From Magallana gigas (Eukaryota): a stretch of DNA of 64,000 bases. The DNA lies in the NCBI RefSeq assembly GCF_963853765.1, contig NC_088855.1, forward strand, positions 53,878,001-53,942,000, given 5' to 3'. How positions within the stretch are numbered: position 1 is the stretch's first letter; every line of letters starts with the position of its first letter. A model generated the notes under the pieces. It was not told the DNA's origin. It saw nothing but the letters and a program-made list of their open reading frames with translations, and searched no databases. Both the position numbers and the translations under genes were made by a program. Shown piece by piece: positions 24,101 to 36,300 of the stretch.

Positions 24101-27100
24101 AGATATTAATGTGGATTAAAGTATATTATAATTGGAATACTTTCACAGGTTTAGAATTTTCTTTCACAGCATTCAACCAAGAAATACGTTTTAGAAAATT
24201 TTGAAAGGTTAAAAATTTTACATGTAGTGTCCTCAACGGGATTCGAACTCATGACCTACTGGTTTGAAGTGAACCCACTTACTCACTTCGTAACGCTATA
24301 ATAGGTCGGTAATGGAAAGAAACTATTTAAAAAACTATACTTGATTTTATTGTTTATATCGATAAATAATACGACACAACGTGAAGGTGTCAAATACCAA
24401 ATTACTTGTAAGTAATGAATTTTCCAATGTAATTTATTCATTTAACAATTTTCTTTAAAAGCGGTCCCCATACAATTCGCGTCAGTTTAAATCAGCCAGT
24501 ACCGGAATTACATGCTTCCAGATTTACTTTTTTGTGTACTGCGTCATTAAAAAGTGGTGTATAGAGCCACCTTAAACTAAGCTTGCACAAAGTGAATTTC
24601 CTTTAGAACCAAACTAGGTTAGCGCTTTTCAGTAGTATCTGTACTTTGATTTAACAATTTGTTAGCCTAAAAGTAAAATGATGTTATAAAGTATATCCAC
24701 ACGTTATACTTTTTATCTTCCTTTAAAATGTTAAAATAAGTGAGCATCAAATTACTAGCTTCCTTACTATGTTTCTGCTTTAGGATTTAGAGGACTGCAA
24801 GTTGTGAAATCCATGACCCACATCATCGCCGTGCTATAAAATTTTCTGAAAATATGGTTTAGTAATCATATAGTGATTATACCCTCATTAATAAATAAAA
24901 TCGTCTTCTCCACTATTGTGTATTTTGCAGTCTTCAATAGAAATGGCAACGATACATTTTTTAAACTTCTGGTAATAAAGATGTCTAAGAATATGGTTTT
25001 GATCCTCTGTTAGAACTGGTTGGAATCCTCTGCAAAAAGAAATGTCTCCTGTGTCATAAAGAGGAAAGGGAACCTGGTTAGACAAAACATATTAATATGT
25101 CCTCTCATTAAAGTTGAGTTAATAAATAGAAAATGTATGACGGGTTCTATTACGATTTGGTCAAGGTTTCTTGGTGATGGCTTTAGAGGGTCACTATCGG
25201 TCAGATATGTGACTTTTAAAAAAATCGTTTCATAACCGAATATCTTGCAAAAAACTTAGTAAATGGATTAGATGAGCAATGGGATTCATCTTAAATATAA
25301 GGGTTATTTGGTAACAGGTTATATAATTAGTATGTAACTTAACTGCTTATTTGCAGAATATACTTTTACTTGTTTACTATTCTTTTTTGCAAAATCCGTG
25401 TCCCTGTTGTACGTAAATATCAGAGTCTGCTGATTATCTGTTTCTAAATTTTCTTTCAGCTATCAGAAGAATAGCGAAAAATGATGTAAATAAAAAGTCA
25501 TTGGTGGCCGAAGGTTCATTGCCAGTTCTTGTGGCCTTATCGCAATCGAAGCATGAAGACGAGCAAATAGGTTTATATTATACAATGTTAATACAATGCA
25601 CAGTTACAACTGCAACAAGATTTTCATTTTATTAAATTTCTAGCATAACTTTAAAAAAAAAAATTGAAAATGATATTTTACAAATATTTAATAAATTAAA
25701 TTGCTTTAAATTTTAAAAGAGGCCTTTGGAGCGCTATGGGTGTTGTCATTTGACAAAGACAACCAGAATATCATGCTTCAAGATGATGCAGTCATGGAAA
25801 CTTTGATAAAGTTTCGAACATCTCAAAACAAAAAAATAAAAAATGCGTGCGATGGAGCTCTTTGGAATATGAGAGAAAAGCTCACTTCCAAAGTAAAGTA
25901 TGAGGAAATAGGTATCTTAAATTTATGTTGACTAGTGGATAATGTTATAGATCGTTTTCAATATCAAAATGCTTATAGATACACTATTTTGAAATATCTA
26001 GACCAGCTTACAAATTTTAGCTAGCAGAGTTTACTTTATTATACAGGTTATAAAAGCAAGAGTTATGAACAGGAATTAGTCCTATCACACTCCGAAACTA
26101 AAAAGGGCCATGTGATGATTAGCTACCAATGGGCAAATCAAAAAATAATCCAAAACATTCGTGATAGCCTGCAAGAGAACGGGGTCAAGTGTTGGATGGA
26201 CATAGATGACATGCAGGGGTCCACTCTAGATGCTATGGCTCAGGCAGTTGAGGGTGCTGAAATTATTTTGATATGTTACTCCAAAAAGTACCAGGATAGC
26301 CCTTCCTGTAGAGCAGGTATTTTCTTGCTTACAATTTTTAGAAAATCTTATATAATGCAAACAGGCATTCAAAATGACTGATTACTGTGATTTTAATCTT
26401 GCTTATTTCTGAAGTGTACTTTTGTGCGGATACTTTTATAGAGGCAGAATATGCTTTTAAGCTGAGGAAGCCGATAATTCCTCTCAAAATGGAAAGAAAT
26501 TATGAGGCTCGAGAGTGGCTTGGGTTGATTCTTGGCTCCAAGCTATTTTTCGAGTTTACTGATAAATATCCGTTTGAAAGCAAAATGAGCGGTTTGATTA
26601 AGGAAGTGCTAAGTCGACAGAGGAAGGCCATCCCAGAGAAACCAGTTATTTCCCAGGCAGCTCCTGCTTCAACAGAGGTGAGTTTTCAATTTTATATTTA
26701 GCCCTGTTTTCAGAAATCAATATAGGAACTCTCATGATTTGTGATGGCATATGAATTTTATCCAGCGAGTCATGTGTTTCTATTCCCGAGCCTTGGCGAG
26801 GTGATAGAAAACGCACAACGAGTTGGATAAAAATCATACACCATCGGAAATCATGATAGATTCTTTTTATCACGTCGTATCACAAGTTAAACCTAAACAT
26901 TTTCTTAAACCTCAATCTTTCTGTAAACATTATTATAATTGTGAGCCCCACAACACATACACAAGATGTCAACAACTTTACTCATGGAAAAAAGTTCCCT
27001 GAATATTAACAAACAAGCATTTCATTTTCTGGTATATTTTTATCAAATAATAAAAAAAATTGAAACATTATTTTGTTACTTTTTCATTTTATGTCAATAA

Positions 27101-28432
27101 TCTGCCTAAAGCTACGAAATGTTTAATTATGACGTCACGTTGCGTAAGAACACACAGTGGAATATAACAAAATTCCACCGTATATTGAGTTTAACATGTA
27201 ATAAATATCAATATTGTACTCTGAAATCGTATTAAAAATCCATACTGAACATTAAAACTACCTGACTTTCTTTAGAGCTAATATAGAACCATTTTGTTTA
27301 ATGCAGGGAACGGGCACATTCACTTCAAAACCAAGACGGAAAAGTCAGGCATCCGATGCAGTGAAAAGATGGAAACAAGCAGATGTCCTTAGATGGATTA
27401 ATCATCACAACCTACCAAGGTAAACAAAATTAGTGGCTAATTATACATTGTTAAATATTTTAAAGGGGCATGGTCACGATTTTTGTCAAAAATTACTTTT
27501 TCGATTTTAATGTTTACAATGCTTTAGTAAGGCAATTTTTATAGGCAACCAAAATTTGAGTGTCATTTGATGACTAATAAGCGAGTTACAGCGCTTACAA
27601 TTCTTTGCTATGTAAACAAAGCGTTTGTTTACATTTCGAATGTTGAAGTGAAAATTCAAGTTTTAGACCTAAAATAAATATGTTAATCGTTAGGAACTGT
27701 TTATTTATGCTTTAAATAAATAACAAGATAGACAAATCAGCTTTAAAAAGATTTTTTACTGATATATTGAACTTATGTAAACAAAAAATGGACCATGACG
27801 AAGAATTGTGAGCCCTGTATCTTGTTTAAAACTCAACAACTGGCACCCAAATTTCATTTGATCATTAGAAATGCATTCCTAAAGCATTGCAAATAATAAA
27901 AACAGAAAAATAAAATTTGACCAAAATTGTGACCATGCCCCTTTAAAACATATAACATATTTTACCTGTATAGATAACATTTTGATATTTGGTGTTTGTG
28001 GTATTTTTATCTGCTAGGTGCTATACATTATGAGTTTACGTCTAATAGTTACGGATGCATTTTCGATATCAATATTCCATTATTCCACAGTTGTATTTTT
28101 AAATAGTTCCAAGTTCTCTTCTTTGACTGGGATTGAGATTGCATATCTGCAAGTTCTGAGACAAGAGGTAAAATTGATTAGCCTTTTCTTTTTTACAAAT
28201 TAGCATTTTGATGTTAAAAAATATAGTTTAATAGGTTGCTGCCAATGAATCTCATGAAGAATTATCGATTGTTTGATTATATATATTTTTCTCTTAATTT
28301 TTAATTAATTTCATTCTATTTCATGTTTAGTCACCTGATTTTTTCCACAAGGCTCTATATGAGATAATGGAGATAAAAGATATACTTACACTGGCCAAGT
28401 TCAGCTTCGCTTTGGATGATACACTTGTGTAA
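21183..28432 (+). CDS. ARM-repeat - TIR (TIR_2-type) - SAM domain protein, 682 aa; invertebrate TIR-domain immune family, not a SARM1 ortholog by domain order
   Basis: Nine GT-AG exons with consistent phases: 21183-21839, 22255-22561, 25460-25570, 25720-25911, 26047-26316, 26442-26677, 27307-27419, 28107-28167, 28331-28432 (2049 nt). ARM-like helices (EAFGALWVLSFDKDN; NACDGALWNMRE). TIR: HVMISYQWANQK...CWMDIDDMQGSTLDAMAQAVE...YSKKYQDSPSCRAEAEYAFKLRKPIIPL. C-terminal SAM-like: VKRWKQADVLRWI. N-terminus MGSVTSKK. Confidence 0.9.
24228..24300 (-). mobile_element. tRNA-like segment of an interspersed repeat (SINE-type), in an intron of the TIR gene
   Basis: The minus strand reads TAGCGTTACGAAGTG...GTCATGAGTTCGAATCCCGTTGAGGACA, with a B-box GAGTTCGAATCCC. 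The stems are degenerate. Confidence 0.4.
27464..27942. mobile_element. TTAA-flanked MITE (Kolobok-like family B) in intron 7 of the TIR gene
   Basis: Inverted termini AGGGGCATGGTCAC / GTGACCATGCCCCT. TTAA at 27460-27463 and 27943-27946. A second copy in the opposite orientation is at 56883-57378. Confidence 0.85.
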
Positions 28433-30302
28433 ATACTCACTTAGACGTTAAAGTTACCGAAACAATTAGTGCCAGAAACACAAGAGGAACGACGAGTTTT
28501 TTGAAAGATACTTCGATATTTAGGTTTTTTAAAAATGTATTTCATTCACCTGTATGGTGTATTGTAGAAAAAAAATTCTGTATGCTAGATAGCATATCAG
28601 AATATTTTTTGCTTCCCCTGTTCATGTTTAATTCCCATATAAGAGTCTACTGAACAATGTATATTTTGAAATGAACTTGTTTTAAAAACTGTTTATTAAA
28701 GTGCCAAATTTTTGACTTTCATCTTTGGGAAATAATTGGTCATGTAAAAAGGTTTTTAACCTTAAAAACAAAAACTGGAATTTAAAATATTTTCATTGTT
28801 CTTTGCCGCTTTCCAACTAGACAGATTACCTCTAATAATTTCTGAAACCATGAAAGCAAAATGTAACAGGTTTTTCTTGGTTCAGTAGCGCAACACCCTG
28901 CTGGTTAAGTCTGTGCATTATTAGATTATTAAGGTTAAAACTCAGATGACAATACCGGTTGTTTCAGTTGCGTTCCTCTAATTTGCAGGTTTATCAAATG
29001 ACGTACATGTCATAATATTTCGATTGATGTGCGTGCATCCACGTTGCCAATACCGCTCATATTTCGCGGGCATGTTAAGGCTTCCCGATAGATTTTACAG
29101 CGATATGTAGAAAGTCACTTGTCTGTACTTCATAAGATATGATGTCATAGTTAACTTTGACGTCACGATCTGCATTCCTGTCGATAGTTCTCAGGGACTG
29201 TATCTTAACGTTAAAAGTGAATTATATCAACCCAGTATTATACTGCATGTTTTCTTTACATAGATGCACATATATATTAAAAACCAGAATTAAAAAAATG
29301 GCAGTTTTAAAGCTTTTAAGTAAAAGACTATTTATAAAATAGTGGTTTGGAGACTCTCCCTGCTACGTGTAAACAACTCAAATGAAGAAATTCATATGCA
29401 TGTAAAACCAGCTTGGCGCAGGTGAAAGATCAACACAATTTTATAATATTTTACGTAAAATTGGTAGAGAATATAAGTACCAATGTGAATCGTGTTTGGG
29501 AAACCTATGGATTTACCCAAATTTTTTGTAAATCCCTTTTGATTAGTAAAAATGTGCATTATTTTGATTATTTTGTGGAATGTTTCAACAAAATTTTCCA
29601 TAAACAAAATATCTTTTTCTTTCCCTAGCAAGAACTTCAAAGTATATGACTTACCAAAAGATTTTTCTTAAAAATATGTATGATTTAATGTCATTAATCG
29701 CCTGCGCCGATGCGATTTAAATAGATCATTTGCAATATTAGTATTCGCCCGTCACGTGATTACAAAGTACATATGACGTCACAAAAATGCATCAAATATA
29801 TTATTCAACATCGGTGTCAATAAATGTAACATAGATTTTAAGAAATACTCCCGGTCAAAGTATTTTTGCTATGATTATATATATGAACAGCCCACGGTTT
29901 ACCCAAACAAGAGGAAGTATGGTGCTGGTATCAATAATTGTAAATTGATTTAAGTCGTTGTTTTATGACAACGTGTTTGATAACAATACATTTAAACTTG
30001 AAAACTCTTAATATTTCCATATACATGTAGTATGTGACGAAAACAGCTTGCAACTTTGAAAAAACACATCAAATGGTGATACTTTATTCCTTACGCCTTT
30101 TTCTATAAAACAATATCAAAACAGTCACTGCTCAATTATTTGTCTGTATATATGTCACTCTAGTTATATGTACACTGTATTTGTATTATATCAATCAAAC
30201 TAGCGTAGGTCCTTCAACTACAAACATTAACTACTAGACTGAATCAAAATAGAAAACTACAACATGATACAACATAGAAAGAAATCATGTACACACTGGT
30301 TA

Positions 30303-33300
30303 CTATTGTACGATAAGCGCTTCCTTGTAGATTCGATAGGTCGAAGTCGGGAACAATGCTTTGATCACGACATATATCACGTGACCATGTTCAGTTAGGT
30401 AAATAGTGCTTTTGGTGCTCTGTAGGCCAACTTCACGCATGATATCACTTGACCCAGGAGCAGACCCAACGCTGACGTCATAGGTGGAATTAAAACTTTC
30501 ATCTTTGGCGAAAACATTTTCCCAATTCAATTCCATACCTCTAATGGATTTGCTCAATGTAGCCGAATATCCTTCAAAATAAATTAAGTACCTAAAATCT
30601 GTGATATTACTTCATATTTAATAAAGGGTACAATATATATGCTTATGGTATACGTTTAAACATTGCACTATCCCTAAAGCTTCGTGCATAGCAGAAATAT
30701 ACGAGCAAGTACTAATTTTTTTGCGAAAAGATATTGAACAATTCGAATTTTTAAATATATATTATCATAAACCGTTTCATATATGTTGTAATTTTATTAC
30801 TTATTGTTTCTAACAAACTTTGCAAAATGTATCTTGAGATTAACTAACCGATAAGGTGCATGAAAACCATTGTCCCAAAAAGTATTCTAATGTTATCACT
30901 TGGCTCAGTAATTGCCTCATCATGAAAATTTTTCTTTAAACAGCAAAATATACGATCTAAGAACATTAATATAGCATCGTTACCTGTAAGACCTGGTCTT
31001 TCTGAAGTAGTATAAATCGAGGCATTAATTGGAGAACTTGTCTTGTTCCCAATGTTTACGGCGCGAACAAATACTGTGTAAACTTCTTGACTTCTGAGCG
31101 ATAAATTGTTAAAAGACGCATAGTCTTTCCTTCCCACATCTACCCAGTTCATTATCATATCCCCTCCTTTCTGCAGCTTGCATTCAAATGATATTATTCC
31201 TGATTTGTCCTCAAAGCCAGACCAACGAACGTCTATTTTGGTGAGATCACGTTGAACTAGATAACCCTTCACTTGAATCGATGGATCCGGGACAATGAAA
31301 TCTAGTTTTGCATTTCCGATGCTTGGATTTTCAAACGAAATGATGCTGGTGTTACCTTTTTGGGTTTTTTCAAGTTCCACATTATTGACACAAATAACAA
31401 TAGGCACAAATTTAGTTCCGTGTGTCAATTTAAAGTATTTCGACTGAAAATGATTGGTTAACGCGTCATCACAGCGGTGAATACGAAAATTATCTTCATC
31501 CCCTGCAACAAATTCAAAATGAGTTTTTCTAAGTGAGTATCATACATACATGTACCTTGCAATAGCATACTTAAAATATAGATATTTTTATTTAAACATT
31601 AAAATTTTTAAAAAGGTTTCTATTTTAAGAATGCAATTATTTTGACTAAATGTACATGCAAATACTATAGCATTCAGTTTTTGATATAAAGAACATCAAG
31701 TTACAGTTTCTTAGATACTGGGAAATTTACCTACCCATACACAATTTGCAGTGTTGAACTCCACTTTCTAAATCTTCAGCTGAGAAATACACGTTATATT
31801 TTGTAAGTGTATTGTTGTTGATGTCTTCATATTCTAGATTTACTGACATGATTTTAATCGTGGGCGGAGTGTGATCAATGATCGTTTTCTTTGATATAAA
31901 ATATGACTGTAAATCGGCAAAGTTTTCGGCGATAGCATGGGCAAAGACTGGAGATCCATGGGGTAGAAAGGCATGTATAGACGAGTGATGTATATCCCCA
32001 ATATCAGCAAGAGGACGGATTTGTGTTCCGTTTAATGTTGTTCCTAGTCCCACTTTAATTTGGAATATTCCACTTTCGTCATCCACTGCTCTGACACAGA
32101 CTTGATAATCGTCTGATGAAAATTGCGTCAACTCAATTGAATCCTTATTAGGGAAAGTAAAATATGGACAACACTGATAGATCTTTATCCTTAGTGTATA
32201 AATGGCTGACTGTTGTTGCGTAATTGAAATAATTCTACGACCAGTTGAAGCTGCCATTAAATCAACAGTTAATTCCGCCGATCCATTTGAGTTAATTTTT
32301 ACCGGCAATATGACTACATCATCTTCAAATTGAAGAAGAATAGTTGTATCCCACGAAGGTTCTTCTATATAAACCAAAAACTTGTAGATAACGCCTTTAC
32401 GCAAATCAAGATAAAAGTCTGTATTTACTGAATCCGTTATTTCATGATGAATTAAAGGTTTGTTTCTGCAAAGGAAAGCTCTTGGTTCGGTATTGTCAAA
32501 AGTAAACGATGGAGAGTAAGCTTTTGTACTAAGATGTCCTGCTGCATCACCAGCTTGTACAGCATACCTATAGATATTTCCTTCACTGCGCGAAATATTC
32601 AATCCAGATTGTGATAGTAAAGTAATTGATGTAGTCCCAATAGAATGAAATGAGTTATTTTCATAAACTTCAGTAACAAAAGAATAGTTCTGAATAAACG
32701 ACTCCCTATCTGAAAAGCCAAACCATGAAACCCCGGTTGAAGATACGTTTGATTGGTAATAATTGTTTGTTTGTAATGGAGTGTTGAATACAACACCAGA
32801 ACTTGGTTCATTCTCGTCGACTACTAAACCGTTTGACGAAAGGCTAGTATATAACCCAACATTGTTCATAGCTGAGACTGTGAAATAGTAGCGCAAACCA
32901 GGTTCCAACGTCAAGGACGGACATATTTCCGTCTGGTTTCCAAGATATACTTTTGTTAGTATATCATCAGCTGTTAAAAAAATATTTTTATCAAATATAT
33001 TATTAATTAAACTTATTTATGTCAGTATTAATAAACAATTACAACATACAAGTTACTTATCAGTTATTCAGTTATTTTGATTAACTCTTTTGATATCTTA
33101 TTTTCGTTTATGAAAAAAATAGACAGATCAATTATTTTGATAATCGAAAAAGAATAAATGATTACATTACAATAATTACATTTTGGGGTTGATCCAACGC
33201 TGAATGTGTAAAGTAAAGGACCATTATCTTCAAAGACATTTCTCCAGCAACTACAAACTTTCCAACCGATTCCTGCATACCGAATATTTTCTCCACATGC

Positions 33301-36300
33301 TTTATTTTTAGATATTAATAGGTACTGGCCAATGTTTATTGTAGGAGATGTATTTTTTATCAATATACTGTCACTTTTTGAGACGCTGTAGTCATTTTCT
33401 GAAAACCATGACCTCACGTACAATACATATCGTTGGCTGCTAACAAATGTTTTATCTACTGGCAAACAAAAGAGAATAGTTGTTTCCAAATTATTATCAT
33501 TCCATGGATCCTCGTTTTGGATGTCATATATTCCTTGTCCAGGGTCCTCATCCTTTATCCCTATGGTCCACTCATATCGTTTAATCAGGCTAGAATTTGA
33601 AATCCAAGACCCAGTCACACAGGACGATGATGGCTGAACGGCAATATTAGTAAGATTATTAGATCCAATGTATACCTCAGTTGACGATTCATTTAATTTG
33701 TTGCAATTGGCATGCTCTTTAGATAAACACTTCAATCCTACAACTCCACATGTACAAAGATTGTTACAGAAAAACGAATTACAAGAATGTCTCTGCAGTA
33801 CAAGTTTCCCTTTCGAATTAGACTTATTTGACAATGACGTTAGTACTGTAGCTTTAGCTGTTTTGCTTTTAAGTCCTGCGTTATTTACTGCATAAATCGA
33901 TAAAATAACTTCTCTGAAAACAACAGGTATGAATTCATGTAGTGCAACCGTTGCTGTTGTATTATATCCTGGAATGTTAACGAACCCTTTTGTGTATTCT
34001 CCGCCATTGTAAGACGATCCAACAGAAATAAAATAATTTGCTATGTCCGACTCAACGTCTTTGAATCCGTACCATGAGATTGTTACGGATGTCGTGTTCC
34101 CAGACGTTTGCCAAAGATGACCAGATGAAAAACCACCCAGATGAGGTGGACTAGAATCAATGACAAAAACGTCACTCTCTCTAACATTGCAAAGACTTGC
34201 CAAGTTACAAGCAGTTACTATGATTGAATAGCGGTCTCCGTTAATAAGACGATTGGTTGCATTGAATGTTATTGTCAGAGAGTTTATGTTTTCGTGAATG
34301 ACCCTTTCATATGGTACTTTTTTCCCATGATGGCTTTTAAGGGACACAACGTGATGGGAGATGCGACTTTCATCATCGACAAACTGCCAAGATACTTGCA
34401 GTACAGAATTGTCATACTGGATACTATTTGATGTGGTACATGGACTTGTTAGGATGTGTATCTTTGGGTGCGTTAAGATTTTTGGTGGAGATGTATCCAC
34501 TTTAAAAGCATGGGAATATGCTATGGTAGAAAGATTGACGTTGTTGAAAGCCCTTACAGATAAGTATAAATGTGTATTTAAAGGCAACATCAGGGACGAA
34601 ACATATACATCAGCTGACAAGTAGGAGTTTTTAAAAGACGTTATTTCGCAGTTGTCTGTTGCTGTTCCTATGCACCATTCAAAATGGTCGATAGATGAAT
34701 GGGGGTCTTCAAATCCTACCCACGAAGCCGATATCAATGTTCTGCAATGAACATTTTTTACAAAACATTATAAATAAGGTCACCAACATATTGAAAGATT
34801 AATGAGCTTAGTTCTTTTTATGCTATACAACAAATGAAAATAATTTCACATGCAATGTTTTTGTTAATTAGACATATGACTTTTACGAGAAAAAATCAAT
34901 CCATCGTAGTACAAGTCTAGAATTACAAAGCACACATTCATTTCACTAACTATAAGAGGATTTTTTTTAGGTATTGAGCGGATCATTCTTTTATTTCCCT
35001 GTATTTTATAAACTTTTAATCTCTAATTGAACGTGGGGATTTAAAATCAGCGTAAAATCGCGAGAAGAAGATTTTGCGGGTTTTGAAATCACGCTTTTTT
35101 TATTGGATGTAATGTAACTGAACTTTATTTATTTTACAACGATTGATAAGCAAGTTCTACAACTTAAATTAATATCTCCCGTTGGCACGGATGTTAGCGC
35201 GAGGGGGTCATTGGTGTGGGAAGAAGCCGGGGTACCCGGAGATAACCCACGTGTCCAAGCGGGCGACCGCCATACCCTATCACATACAACCACTGTCGAT
35301 CACGGGGATCGAACTCGGATGGCAGCGGTGAAAAGCGAGTGCATTGGATGTAATGTAAATGTAAACTAAATTAAATTATTACAAAAATTAAGCGTTTGCG
35401 ATTTTATATTCTCACAATTTCATGCAAAACAGTGGAATCGTGGAAATAAGTACTCGCAAAAAATTAGGAATCTACACTACTTGATTTTTCTTATATTGTT
35501 TTGTCACTTAAAGCTTCATGCATTCCCCTTTGCTATAATTAGAAGTTTTCGGTATAATAGTTGTTTTCTTACCTATCATTTAAATATACCATGCGTCCAG
35601 TTATTCCTTTGATGTAGATTAATCCAGCAAGAGGAGGAGAATTATCTGCTATTATTCCATCAGATACCGACACAGTACAAAGATTAGCTCTATTGCACGC
35701 TTCAACAAACGTAAAATACTTCAGCCCTGAGGTCAAACTCATATTCCAGCAATATTCTAGTTAAAGAAAAAATCTATAAAAGCAAAATTGAAAAAACTGG
35801 ACATTTTGCAAGTTCATACGTATTAAACAAGAAATGTTTTTACAAGATTGTTGAAAATATTTCAAATTTTTAAGAATTAAACTCCACCTTGACGAAGTCC
35901 TATGTGTCTGTAATGTTTTATATCAGGAAATTTTGGGTTGGTACCAACACCAATGCGGTACGTTATAATGTCTGTATGAGGGTCACTAAACCCACTCCAT
36001 CCAGCGCATAAAACAACCAAGCTCGTTTGATAATCTTTGTCCTTTACCAATGGAAAGAAACGAGGAAAGTGAATATCAAAGATAACACATTACCTATATC
36101 TTGGAACAATATATAGAGGTTACAATTCTTTTTCTTAAATCAAACTAACTGTAAAACATAAGTTCGACAGAGATTTGCTTACCTCATTTTCTCTGGTACC
36201 ATCAAACACAGTCCCTTTACGTGGAGGCGATGTATCAACAGTGAAATTGTTTGAATATACAACGGTTGACAAAAGGGCATAATTGGTTGTCTGCGTAAAA

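Noticed and set aside
24228-24300. Genuine tRNA gene (also at 5480-5560)
   Set aside because: B-box-like motifs are present, but the acceptor and anticodon stems do not pair convincingly; better explained as SINE/repeat-derived.
21183-28432. Calling the TIR gene SARM1
   Set aside because: The order is ARM-TIR-SAM with one SAM, whereas SARM1 is ARM-SAM-SAM-TIR, so no gene symbol was assigned.
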